DNA from: Spirochaetales bacterium
Lineage (GTDB): Bacteria; Spirochaetota; Spirochaetia; JABEVK01
DNA length: 64,000 nt
NCBI GenBank assembly: GCA_037142615.1
Contig: JBAXAI010000003.1
Location: forward strand, 129,028-193,027
Reading direction: 5' to 3'
Part shown: positions 55,867 to 64,000 of the stretch, in pieces
How positions within the stretch are numbered: the first letter of the stretch is position 1
Layout of the letters: each line of letters starts with the position of its first letter
Position numbers and translations under genes: made by a program
Notes under the pieces: generated by a model
What the model was told of the DNA's origin: nothing
What the model saw: only the letters and a program-made list of their open reading frames with translations
Database searches by the model: none

Positions 55867-58800
55867 TTATTCCAATTCCATCTGCTTGCTCTTTTCTTGC
55901 TGTTCCTTCCACTTCTTCGCGGCGGCGGGGTGCAGTTCTTCGAACAGGTCGCGGCCCTTGTGCGCCCCATAGTCCGAGTGCGCCACGGCGAGCGACGGGT
56001 CCTTCTTCAGCTTTTCCCAGACGCGCGAGGGCCAGTAGCGCATGGCCAGGTGGCTCCAGTCGTAGTCCTTTTTGCCGGCGGGGGCGCTGAGGATGTCCCA
56101 CCATTTTTTGGGTTCCTTCCACAACGGGGCGACGAGTTCCCACAGGGCGGCGGAGCTGACCATGACGCCGTCATCGAGGTCCATGGCGTAGGGGGCTTCG
56201 ACTTCCTGCTTGGCGGGGTCGGGCCCTTTTTCGGCCAGGCGGGTGACGAGGGCGGTGAAGGCGGCGAGTTCCTCGCGCAGTTTGTCGAGCTTGTCGACTT
56301 CGTTTTCGAGGTCGTTGCGGCGGGCTTTGTTGGTTTCCCGCTGGGCTTCTTCGCGCAGGCGCGCCAGACGGGCGACGAGGGTTTGCAGGTCGGGGCGAAG
56401 GGCGTTGGCCAAGATGGCGTTGAGCGTGCCGTCGGTCCAGCGGTGGATGCTGGCGTACACCCAGAAGTTCTTCTTGGCCGACACGAGCGGGAAGTAGATG
56501 GGCCGGTTCTCGTAGAGCTTCTTGTGGCGGTCGAAGGCTTCTTGGCGCAGCCACTCGTTCAGGGTACGCTTCTTGTCGGCCGTCACCAGCGCGGCGTCGA
56601 TTTCACGCAGTAGGTCGCCGGCTTGGGGCTCGCCCCACTTGGTGCGAAGAATGGATTGCAGACTGCCCAAAGCAGAGGGCCCGAGGTTGGTACCGGCAGG
56701 ACGGTCGACGCCATCGAGGTCGTCGAGGGTACTCAGGTACACGAAGCCGTGGGGCTGCGGCGGAGAGTCGGGGCCGGCGTCGAAGCGGCCCAGAAGCACC
56801 CCCAGAGCCCACGACAGGTGCTTGAAGGCCTCTTCGCGGCGGCGCTCGGGGTGCACCAGCTTGAGCTTGTCTTTGATCGCCAAAACGCCGTCAGGGTGCA
56901 GGCCGAACTGTTGCGCCAAGGCCAGGATGGAGTCGCTGGCTTGGTAGGCCTCGGCGAAGTTGGGGGGGATCGCCACGCCGTCCCAAGCGGGCAACAGGTA
57001 GGGCGAGGGGCCGATTTCCTCGTAGATGGCAGCCACGGTGGCGGGCGAAAAGTGGGCGAAGATTTCGGTATCGATTTCGTGGCGGATGCGGGCCTCTTCG
57101 ACCTCGAAGGTTTCGGGCGACAGGTGCTCGTAGCGGTACTCGAGGTTGCTCTCGGTGCTGGCGAACAGCTGCTCGTAGAGGGCTTCGGCACGCGCGAGGT
57201 AGGGGCGGTGGTCTTGGAGGAGGTCGAGGACGGGGAGGCGAACCGTATCGCCTACTTGATTGTGGATCGTGGGATTGAGTGCTTGCGCGACAAACCCAGT
57301 GAGGTTTGAACTTAGGATGACCTGGAGTTTCGCCGGGTCACCACCAAAAATGGTGGAAGCGGTAACATCGAATACTGATCTGTATTTTCTTAGTCTGCAT
57401 AGATAGCCGTCCGTCAGAATGTCACTATAGGCAACTCCCTGCCCGAAGTACCTGTCTTGAGACTTGATTGACCGCGTCTCGGATCCGTACAGGAATCCTG
57501 CGTAGACTCTGACCTCTTTGCCCCTTGACTTCCACCTAATCACATCCGAGAGGCCATCAAACCATCGCCCGCCGGCTGCGCCCTTTAGGTATGGTTGCCA
57601 GATTGGGTCTTCTTGGGGTTGTGTCTTTAGGAAGTCTCCGTTGATCTCGATTTTTGGACGACTAACTTCAAAGGGAAGGCGAAGAAATCGACTGTTTATT
57701 GAGGATGCCATCCCCTGCCGAACCTCACCCACCTCACCCAACTTCTTCGCCTTCAGGTACGCCGACCGGAACTCCTCGGGCCACCAGTAGATCATGGGTG
57801 AACCGGGAATCTCGGCAAAGCGTTCCTGCGGGAAGGAATAGGTGCGGGAAGTGTCCTGGAGGCCTTCGATGTTGCGACCAATCTGGTATTGGTCGCGCCG
57901 GATTTCCTGCTTCTTGACGGGCCGGCGGAACTGGACCGACTGAACTTTCGCCTTGGCATTCTCGACGATAAACATGGTCACCGAGACGTCTTTCATATCG
58001 GAAAAGGCGCCTTGGTCGAGATCGCCAAAAGCAACGAGCGACGTGTCGCTGAGTAGCTTGAGGCGTAGTTCCTCGAACGACGACAGGAACATCCACCCTC
58101 GCGGGGTAATCATGGCCGTGCGCCCGTGGGGGCGCAGCAACACCAGCGACCGAACCATGAACACCGAAAACATATCGGTCTTGCCTTCCACAAAGTTGGC
58201 TTGGAGTAGTTCGGCCAACCCTTCGTCGGCCTTGGCCAGGCCAAGGTACGGGGGGTTGGCGACAATGAGGTCGTACTTCCTCCCCAGCATCTCAATCAGC
58301 CGTAACCCCTTGCCCAACTGCTCGGCCAGCGAGCGCACGCCCAGGTCTTCGCCGCCATCGTGGTCGTGGATGAACCGGCGCAAGGCCGCCAGAACCACCG
58401 ACTGAGCGTCGGCCGCATTCCCCTTTTTGCCGAACAACGCGTTATCGCCCGTGATACGGGCAATGTCGCGGTCGAGGGTGAGCAGCGAGCCCATGAAGTC
58501 GGCGTTGCGAAGACTGTCGATGAGCTTCAGGCTGTCAGCCTGCGGAAGGCCTACCTCGGTCTGAAGGGTAGCCACAAAGGTGCGCAGCGCCGGGTCGTCC
58601 TTTTTCACCTTGCCCAGCCCTAGGTCAGTGGCCACCAGGTTAAGCGCCCTAATGCGATAACCCCGGTGGTGTTGCTGAGTTTTGAGGTACAGGGACGCGG
58701 CGGCAATCTGCACCGCGCGATTGTCAATGTCGATGCCGTGCAGGTTGAACGCCAGAATCCGGTCCAGAATCTGCTCGTTGGTCAGTGGCTGCCCTGTGAA

Positions 58801-59733
58801 CTGCGCCTGCTCCAGGTACAGCGGCCACAAGAAGTCGAACACGCACACCAAGAAGTGCCCGCTCCCCATGGCCGGGTCGAGAATCTTGACATCCTCAAGC
58901 CGCGTGGGCGACGCCGCCACGGTTTCGGGCGACAGCGGCTGGTCCACGTAGAACTTCCAGAAGTCGGTGTTGTCGCGGGTCTGGGTGGTCCACCCGTTTT
59001 TGGCGCAAAGGGCCAACCACTGGGCACCGAGGCTGTTCTGCACCAGCCATTCCACCATGTAGCGCTCGGTGAACAGTTGGGTCTTGTCGCTCAGCTCGTG
59101 GGCCTCGACCTTGCCGGTGGTAGTGTTGAGCTTTTCATCGACGGCCTTGCGGTCGGGGTCGTTCCAGTACTGGTACAGCCAGCCCAGCGTGGTGTCGTCG
59201 AGCCAGGCGGGCGCCAACTCGGGGTCGGCCAGCGCGGTCACCACGGCAATGAGCGTGGGCCCGGGGATGGGCACCGCCTCCTGAACCTCGCTATAGGCAA
59301 ACAGCGCCGGCAGTTCGAGCGCCAGCTCGTCCCAAACCTGCTGCAGTAGGTACCCAAAACCCCGGTCGTCGGTCTGCGTCAGGGCGGCAAAGAACTCACG
59401 CACGTCTTTGAAGGCTGAGTTGTCGAGGCCGGGGCTGATGAGCTTCACGGCCCGCAGTCCCCGGGCCTCGAGCTGCATCAAAATGACCAACCGGTTGAGC
59501 AGTGTGTACGCGCGTTCCTTGACGAGGTCTTGCAAGGTGTGGGTTTGCTGCCACGTTTCGAGCAGAGCGAAATTGGCGCGGTCGGTGGGCCCCAGGCGCA
59601 CCTTGCTGCGGTCCTTGGCACTCAGCGAGTAGTGCTGGTCGAGGGCTTGGCCCAAGTCGGCCAGCAACTGGGTGCGAAGGTCGGTGACCAGCTTGCGGAA
59701 TGCGGATTTGGTGGCGTCGGTCAGGCCGCTCAT
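55867..59733 (-). CDS. pglX: BREX adenine methyltransferase PglX
   Basis: TQLFTERYMV, DPAMGSGHF, ANPPY, IPGSP..YW, YENRPIYF, DLDDGV. Confidence 0.93.
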   Translation of the reverse strand: MSGLTDATKSAFRKLVTDLRTQLLADLGQALDQHYSLSAKDRSKVRLGPTDRANFALLETWQQTHTLQDLVKERAYTLLNRLVILMQLEARGLRAVKLISPGLDNSAFKDVREFFAALTQTDDRGFGYLLQQVWDELALELPALFAYSEVQEAVPIPGPTLIAVVTALADPELAPAWLDDTTLGWLYQYWNDPDRKAVDEKLNTTTGKVEAHELSDKTQLFTERYMVEWLVQNSLGAQWLALCAKNGWTTQTRDNTDFWKFYVDQPLSPETVAASPTRLEDVKILDPAMGSGHFLVCVFDFLWPLYLEQAQFTGQPLTNEQILDRILAFNLHGIDIDNRAVQIAAASLYLKTQQHHRGYRIRALNLVATDLGLGKVKKDDPALRTFVATLQTEVGLPQADSLKLIDSLRNADFMGSLLTLDRDIARITGDNALFGKKGNAADAQSVVLAALRRFIHDHDGGEDLGVRSLAEQLGKGLRLIEMLGRKYDLIVANPPYLGLAKADEGLAELLQANFVEGKTDMFSVFMVRSLVLLRPHGRTAMITPRGWMFLSSFEELRLKLLSDTSLVAFGDLDQGAFSDMKDVSVTMFIVENAKAKVQSVQFRRPVKKQEIRRDQYQIGRNIEGLQDTSRTYSFPQERFAEIPGSPMIYWWPEEFRSAYLKAKKLGEVGEVRQGMASSINSRFLRLPFEVSRPKIEINGDFLKTQPQEDPIWQPYLKGAAGGRWFDGLSDVIRWKSRGKEVRVYAGFLYGSETRSIKSQDRYFGQGVAYSDILTDGYLCRLRKYRSVFDVTASTIFGGDPAKLQVILSSNLTGFVAQALNPTIHNQVGDTVRLPVLDLLQDHRPYLARAEALYEQLFASTESNLEYRYEHLSPETFEVEEARIRHEIDTEIFAHFSPATVAAIYEEIGPSPYLLPAWDGVAIPPNFAEAYQASDSILALAQQFGLHPDGVLAIKDKLKLVHPERRREEAFKHLSWALGVLLGRFDAGPDSPPQPHGFVYLSTLDDLDGVDRPAGTNLGPSALGSLQSILRTKWGEPQAGDLLREIDAALVTADKKRTLNEWLRQEAFDRHKKLYENRPIYFPLVSAKKNFWVYASIHRWTDGTLNAILANALRPDLQTLVARLARLREEAQRETNKARRNDLENEVDKLDKLREELAAFTALVTRLAEKGPDPAKQEVEAPYAMDLDDGVMVSSAALWELVAPLWKEPKKWWDILSAPAGKKDYDWSHLAMRYWPSRVWEKLKKDPSLAVAHSDYGAHKGRDLFEELHPAAAKKWKEQQEKSKQMELE

Positions 59734-62700
59734 TCTTCGAACCGCACCTTGGCGCCCGTGCTCAGCTCGGTCATGGCTTTTTCCTTCACGCGGGCCAGCA
59801 CCTGGTCGAGCTCGGCTTCACTGGCCACGATGCGGTTACGCAGGTCGAGGCTCACGGTGCGCACGCCGGCCTCCTTGCCGGCTTCGTTCAAGAACTTGTC
59901 GACCAGGGCGTGAGCCTTGGCGCCGGCGTCGACGATGCGGCTGGGTGCCTGGCTGATCACGAGAAGGCCCGGTTGCAGGGCGTCGGGGTCGATGGCGGCA
60001 AACGACTCGCGCACCACCTTGAGCACGGCGTGAGTCTGGTCGTCGTTCAGCTTGCTGAAGTCGGGGCGCAGCTTGAGTTGGCCCTCGGCCGTTTGCAGGG
60101 CCGACTCGGCAAGCTGGTGCAATTGGTGTCGCACGTCGCGGTAGTGGTCTTCGATTTGCTTGGCGGCGGGCTTGACGTCGGCATAGGCGCGCCAGGGTTC
60201 GGCCTGCTTCCAGTGCGCTTCCAGCTCGGCAATGGGCGCGGCCACTTCGGCGTCGCGGCCCACCTCGCGCAGTTGCTTCACATGGTAGTCCAGCAGCTCT
60301 TTCATGTGTCGAAGTTCCGCGCGGGTCGACTCCGTGAGCGACTGCTGCAGCTCCTTGAGCCTTGCAAAGCCAGCTTCGAGAGCGGGTAACTTGGCTTTGA
60401 CGCGTAGCAAGGCGTTCTCGACGGTGCGGTCGCTGGTGCACTCGGTGAGGGCGCGGCCAAAGTCGGTCAGCTCGGCTGGCAGTTCCAATCCCAGTTGGTT
60501 CAACTTCCGGCCGACTTCTGCCAACAGTTGATTCTGGGGCACAAAGTGGTTGAACACCAGGTTGGCCAGCTCGTCGGCCTCTGACCCCACGCCGGCCAAT
60601 CCCAGCACGCGCTCGAAGAACTGGCGGATGCTCGACTTGTCGCGGCCGGTCAGGCCACCGGGTTGGCGGAACTCCACCTCGGCGCGGTTGAACTCCTTGT
60701 CCTGCTCGAACACATTGACGGCGCCGGGGTCCTGAATGGAGCCAATCTTGGTCTTGCCGGCGTCGAAAAGTCGGACTTTTTCCTCGCGGAGCAGGCCAAC
60801 CACGGCGGATTTGATCAGCAGGCGCGAATAGCCATAGGGAGCGGCGGCAAAGGTGTCGACCAGCTGCTCGCCGGTGCGGTAGGTGTTCTCCTCGATGGCT
60901 TGCAGAATCTCGAGGGGAATGGGACCGGTGCTGCGGAAGATCACCCGGCCGCCGTCGTTGACGGCAATGCCTAGAGCTCCGGGGCCGTCGAAGTACACCT
61001 TTGAAAGGCCACCGACGTCGGACTTGAGGAGCTGCTTGAAGTCTCCTTCGGCGATCTTCAGCTTGCCCTGCGAGAACTTGTGGAACAACAGCGGGAGCTT
61101 GCCCTCAACCTCGGCCTTGAGCGCGGCTTCGAACGACGCTCCGTGTTGGCCAGGGTCGCTGGCGGCACCGTTGAAGTAGACCGTGCCGCGCAACCAGACT
61201 TGCTTGAGCTCCTTGCCCAGCTCGCCCAGCAGCCGTTCGTACTCGGCTTGTTCGCGAAAGAGCAGTTGAGTTTGCATGGGTAGCAGATTGCCCTGGGCAC
61301 GCACCTTGTTGGCCATCTTCTGCGACCGGAGCAAGTCGCGGACCAAGCCCTCGAGCCCGGTTGTGTCGCCCGACACCCAGTGGAAGCGCTGGGCGTTCTC
61401 GCGGCTGCGCGCCAGCCATTCGTCGGTGGCCTTGCGCTTGGCGGCGTTGGTGGCCCAATGGAAGCACAGGCCCACTTGAGTGGGACCACCGCTCCCCGGG
61501 AGCTTGGTGTCGAACCCCCAGTAACTGGTGAGTGGGAACTTGGTGTCCAGGTAGTCGGGCTGGGCTACCGTGGCCATGATTTTGACTTGCTCTTTTTGCA
61601 GCTGGTCGTCGATGTCGCTCGGCGACACGTTGAGGTCGCCCTTGACCCGGTTCCAGTCTTGTGCGGCGTTGTTCTGCACCGACCAACCCGTCTTTTCGTG
61701 GAACGAAATCCAGTTTTCGAGCTTAAGCGTCTCGATGGCTTTCTCGACCTCGCCGAACACAGAAGAGGCACCAAGGGTTGGGTACAGCATTTGCGCCAGC
61801 AACTCGGGGAACACGGGCCGCTCTCCTGCCCCCATTTCCAGGAGCGCAATGGCCTTGACCACGCGGGTGGGCCAGCTCTCGGTAAGGTGCTTTTCGAAGA
61901 TCTTGGCCAGCGTGAGCTGAACATCGCTGTCGACGCTACTGCCGATCACGTCGTAGAGCATGTCGAGCGTGACCAGTGTGCCCAACGGACGGTTCTTAAG
62001 GGCGACAGCCGGCCGGTTGAACAGGTCCCAGATGTTGTTGAGCACCGACCGAACACCACCCGCGTCGCTTTGCGTGCGCACCGAGTTGTCGCGGATACTC
62101 TGCGTGATGGACATGAATAGCGGGATGTGTGCCGGCAACAGCGGGTAGTTGTCGAGCACCTCAGCGCGGGTGACCGCGCGGCACTCGAAGGCGTGCAGCT
62201 TGAGCAGATCGAGTTGGGCGTCGGTGAGCACGGCGTGGAGCTCCGAGCCAGCCTTCTTCTTGAGCAGTCGGCGGCCGACCACGTCGCGCACGTTGGCGCG
62301 GTCGAGGTGCACGCGAAGTTCGCGGGGGAAGCGGTCCTGGAGTTTGAACAGCACCGAGTCACGCGCCTCTTCCTCCAACTTTTCCTGGCCCGTCACCAAC
62401 AGCCAAAGAGGACTCTTCCCCGGCTTGGCCTTGCCGCCGACGTCGGAAACGAACGACTGCAGGTCGAGCATCTTGTTGTGGTCTTTGCTGATGTACTGGC
62501 TCACTTCGTCGACCACGATGAACAGGGTGTGTCCTGCGGCACGCCGATTCAGGGCGCGCAGCTGGTTGGCGACCATCTGGCTGATGGTCAGACTGTGAAG
62601 GTTGAAGTTGCCCACTTCGAGCAGGTCGCCATGGTCGGGGTAGAGCACTTTGTACGCGGCGCGGAATTTCTGCACGGCCAGCCCCGAATCTTTCTGCGCG

Positions 62701-63314
62701 ACCCACGGCTTGCTGGGGTTCTGACTCTCGTAGGCGGCCAGGAACTCGTCGTAACGACCTTCGTCTTCCAGGGCCAATTCGTAGTGCGCCACTCCGTCGT
62801 GTTCGGAGTAACCGAGCTTCTTGAGCACCTCGCGGTATACGGTGTGGGGAATGCTTTCGTTGTTTTTGGCGTGCGTGCCGATGTCGAAGATCACCGCGCG
62901 GCTTTGCACCTTGCTCTTTAGCCGCTCCAGCGCCGCCTTCAGTTCGTGGGCGTTGGGGGTGTCGTCGCGCTCCAGCAAGGCCTGGTCCATGGTCTGACCG
63001 TTCGGTAGCACCATGCCGTCGAGGGCCAGTCCCAACAATTTGGCAAAGGACGACTTACCCGAGCCGAAGTACCCCGAAATCCACGACGCCGGCAGCTGGT
63101 GCCCCTTGTCGATGGCCTCGGCGATGCGGTTCAGAAGAGTGACCATCTGCTCGTGAATGCCCCCGACCTGATTCACTGCGGTCGTGGGCCGTGTGGTGAA
63201 TACGTACTCGCGTACTTCCTGCAAGGCGACGTCGGGATCAATCTGGTGAAAGTAGATCACCGGGGCGATGTTCTCTTCGATGTTGCGGGCCAAGACGTCT
63301 TTGACAGTGCTCAT
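59730..63314 (-). CDS. brxC: BREX P-loop ATPase BrxC
   Basis: EVREYVFT, WISGYFGSGKSSF, VVDEVSQY, TGQE, KLQDRF, RLLKK. Confidence 0.92.
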   Translation of the reverse strand: MSTVKDVLARNIEENIAPVIYFHQIDPDVALQEVREYVFTTRPTTAVNQVGGIHEQMVTLLNRIAEAIDKGHQLPASWISGYFGSGKSSFAKLLGLALDGMVLPNGQTMDQALLERDDTPNAHELKAALERLKSKVQSRAVIFDIGTHAKNNESIPHTVYREVLKKLGYSEHDGVAHYELALEDEGRYDEFLAAYESQNPSKPWVAQKDSGLAVQKFRAAYKVLYPDHGDLLEVGNFNLHSLTISQMVANQLRALNRRAAGHTLFIVVDEVSQYISKDHNKMLDLQSFVSDVGGKAKPGKSPLWLLVTGQEKLEEEARDSVLFKLQDRFPRELRVHLDRANVRDVVGRRLLKKKAGSELHAVLTDAQLDLLKLHAFECRAVTRAEVLDNYPLLPAHIPLFMSITQSIRDNSVRTQSDAGGVRSVLNNIWDLFNRPAVALKNRPLGTLVTLDMLYDVIGSSVDSDVQLTLAKIFEKHLTESWPTRVVKAIALLEMGAGERPVFPELLAQMLYPTLGASSVFGEVEKAIETLKLENWISFHEKTGWSVQNNAAQDWNRVKGDLNVSPSDIDDQLQKEQVKIMATVAQPDYLDTKFPLTSYWGFDTKLPGSGGPTQVGLCFHWATNAAKRKATDEWLARSRENAQRFHWVSGDTTGLEGLVRDLLRSQKMANKVRAQGNLLPMQTQLLFREQAEYERLLGELGKELKQVWLRGTVYFNGAASDPGQHGASFEAALKAEVEGKLPLLFHKFSQGKLKIAEGDFKQLLKSDVGGLSKVYFDGPGALGIAVNDGGRVIFRSTGPIPLEILQAIEENTYRTGEQLVDTFAAAPYGYSRLLIKSAVVGLLREEKVRLFDAGKTKIGSIQDPGAVNVFEQDKEFNRAEVEFRQPGGLTGRDKSSIRQFFERVLGLAGVGSEADELANLVFNHFVPQNQLLAEVGRKLNQLGLELPAELTDFGRALTECTSDRTVENALLRVKAKLPALEAGFARLKELQQSLTESTRAELRHMKELLDYHVKQLREVGRDAEVAAPIAELEAHWKQAEPWRAYADVKPAAKQIEDHYRDVRHQLHQLAESALQTAEGQLKLRPDFSKLNDDQTHAVLKVVRESFAAIDPDALQPGLLVISQAPSRIVDAGAKAHALVDKFLNEAGKEAGVRTVSLDLRNRIVASEAELDQVLARVKEKAMTELSTGAKVRFEE

Positions 63315-63330
63315 TTCCAGTCCTTTTCCA

Positions 63331-63945
63331 TCAGTAGATTCGAGGTCGGTAGTCGCGGTCGGCGTCCATTTCGCCCATGAACGACAGGGCGTTCCCGGGC
63401 AATCGTGAACCGGGGTACAGCACGATGGTCGGCACCGTGACGCCCGAGTCGAGAAAGCGCAGCAACGCCGAGGTGCGATAGAACGGGTACAGGGCGCCGA
63501 TGCGCGAAAGGAAGATCACTGACCGGTTGGGATCACCTTCAGCCGCCACCTTTCGGATTTCGGCGAGCACACGCTGGGGGTAGCCGGTCGGCTTGTTGAA
63601 GTACCCGGCCAGCGAGTTCGCCAGCGACTCGAGCGGCTTGGTGAAGTCGCCTCCGTGGGCGCGAAACTGAAGTTTCTCTTCCTCGACCAAAGCGGCAATC
63701 AGTTCGCCCTCTTCTTCGGACTTGAGGAAGTCGAGGAGCACGCCAAACAGGTCCACCGAGCGAACCGTCCAGCCCTGGAGCCGGAGAGAGTCGACGAGGT
63801 CGCCCACTTTGCCGCGGGCGAGGAACTCCTCGGTCGGCTCGTACTGAAAGATGGCGAAGGGGTAGTTGCGGTTGGTGCTAATGGCCGGTCCACCGGGACC
63901 GGTGAGATCGCGCCCCAACTCGGCCAGGCGGGTTTCGAGACTCAC
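63331..63945 (-). CDS. brxB: BREX protein BrxB (DUF1788-like)
   Basis: YPFAIFQY.P.EEF, GALYPFYR, VLYPG, LSFMG...DYRPRIY; GTG start with GGAGG RBS. Confidence 0.85.
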   Translation of the reverse strand: MSLETRLAELGRDLTGPGGPAISTNRNYPFAIFQYEPTEEFLARGKVGDLVDSLRLQGWTVRSVDLFGVLLDFLKSEEEGELIAALVEEEKLQFRAHGGDFTKPLESLANSLAGYFNKPTGYPQRVLAEIRKVAAEGDPNRSVIFLSRIGALYPFYRTSALLRFLDSGVTVPTIVLYPGSRLPGNALSFMGEMDADRDYRPRIY

Positions 63946-64000
63946 GACAGCGCCTCCAACCAAGCAGCAAGCCCGGCGTGCTTCAGGTGCACCGAGAGTT
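63942..64000 (-). CDS. 3' end of upstream gene, probably brxA (partial)
   Basis: ...LSVHLKHAGLAAWLEALS* ends in a GTGA overlap with the brxB start; identity inferred from gene order only. Confidence 0.5.
   Translation of the reverse strand, partial: LSVHLKHAGLAAWLEALS

Noticed and set aside
55867-59733. pglX phase-variation by invertible partial copies (as in some type 1 BREX)
   Set aside because: No second pglX fragment or recombinase was found in the window.

Overview
High-GC bacterial chromosome segment, probably from a spirochaete (inferred from Treponema/Spirochaeta-style MCPs, lipoprotein SBP, Rex, rubredoxin). 1-42.9 kb: housekeeping genes (fumC, aroK-aroC, rex, uup, radA, serC-serA), two MCPs, an intact AbrB/PemK TA pair, a beta-1,3-glucan utilisation locus (GH149-like phosphorylase, GH16, ABC SBP/permeases, ROK) and a GH31/ABC/LacI locus resembling cycloalternan catabolism. 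42.9-64 kb: a minus-strand type 6-like BREX operon (brxA end, brxB, brxC, pglX, pglZ, brxD, brxHI) with a 6.6-kb cargo between pglX and pglZ: a GmrSD-like nuclease, then what look like two tandem, repeat-bounded units of [DUF6922-type antitoxin]-[toxin slot: YhcG or AbiEii]-[effector-ATPase-12-bp repeat linker-wHTH]. Several accessory genes carry clean deletions of catalytic or DNA-binding parts, and a REP-like palindrome sits in frame inside a second rex-like gene. No rRNA, tRNA, CRISPR array, integrase or transposase was recognised. All family calls are by motif recognition; no database search was run.
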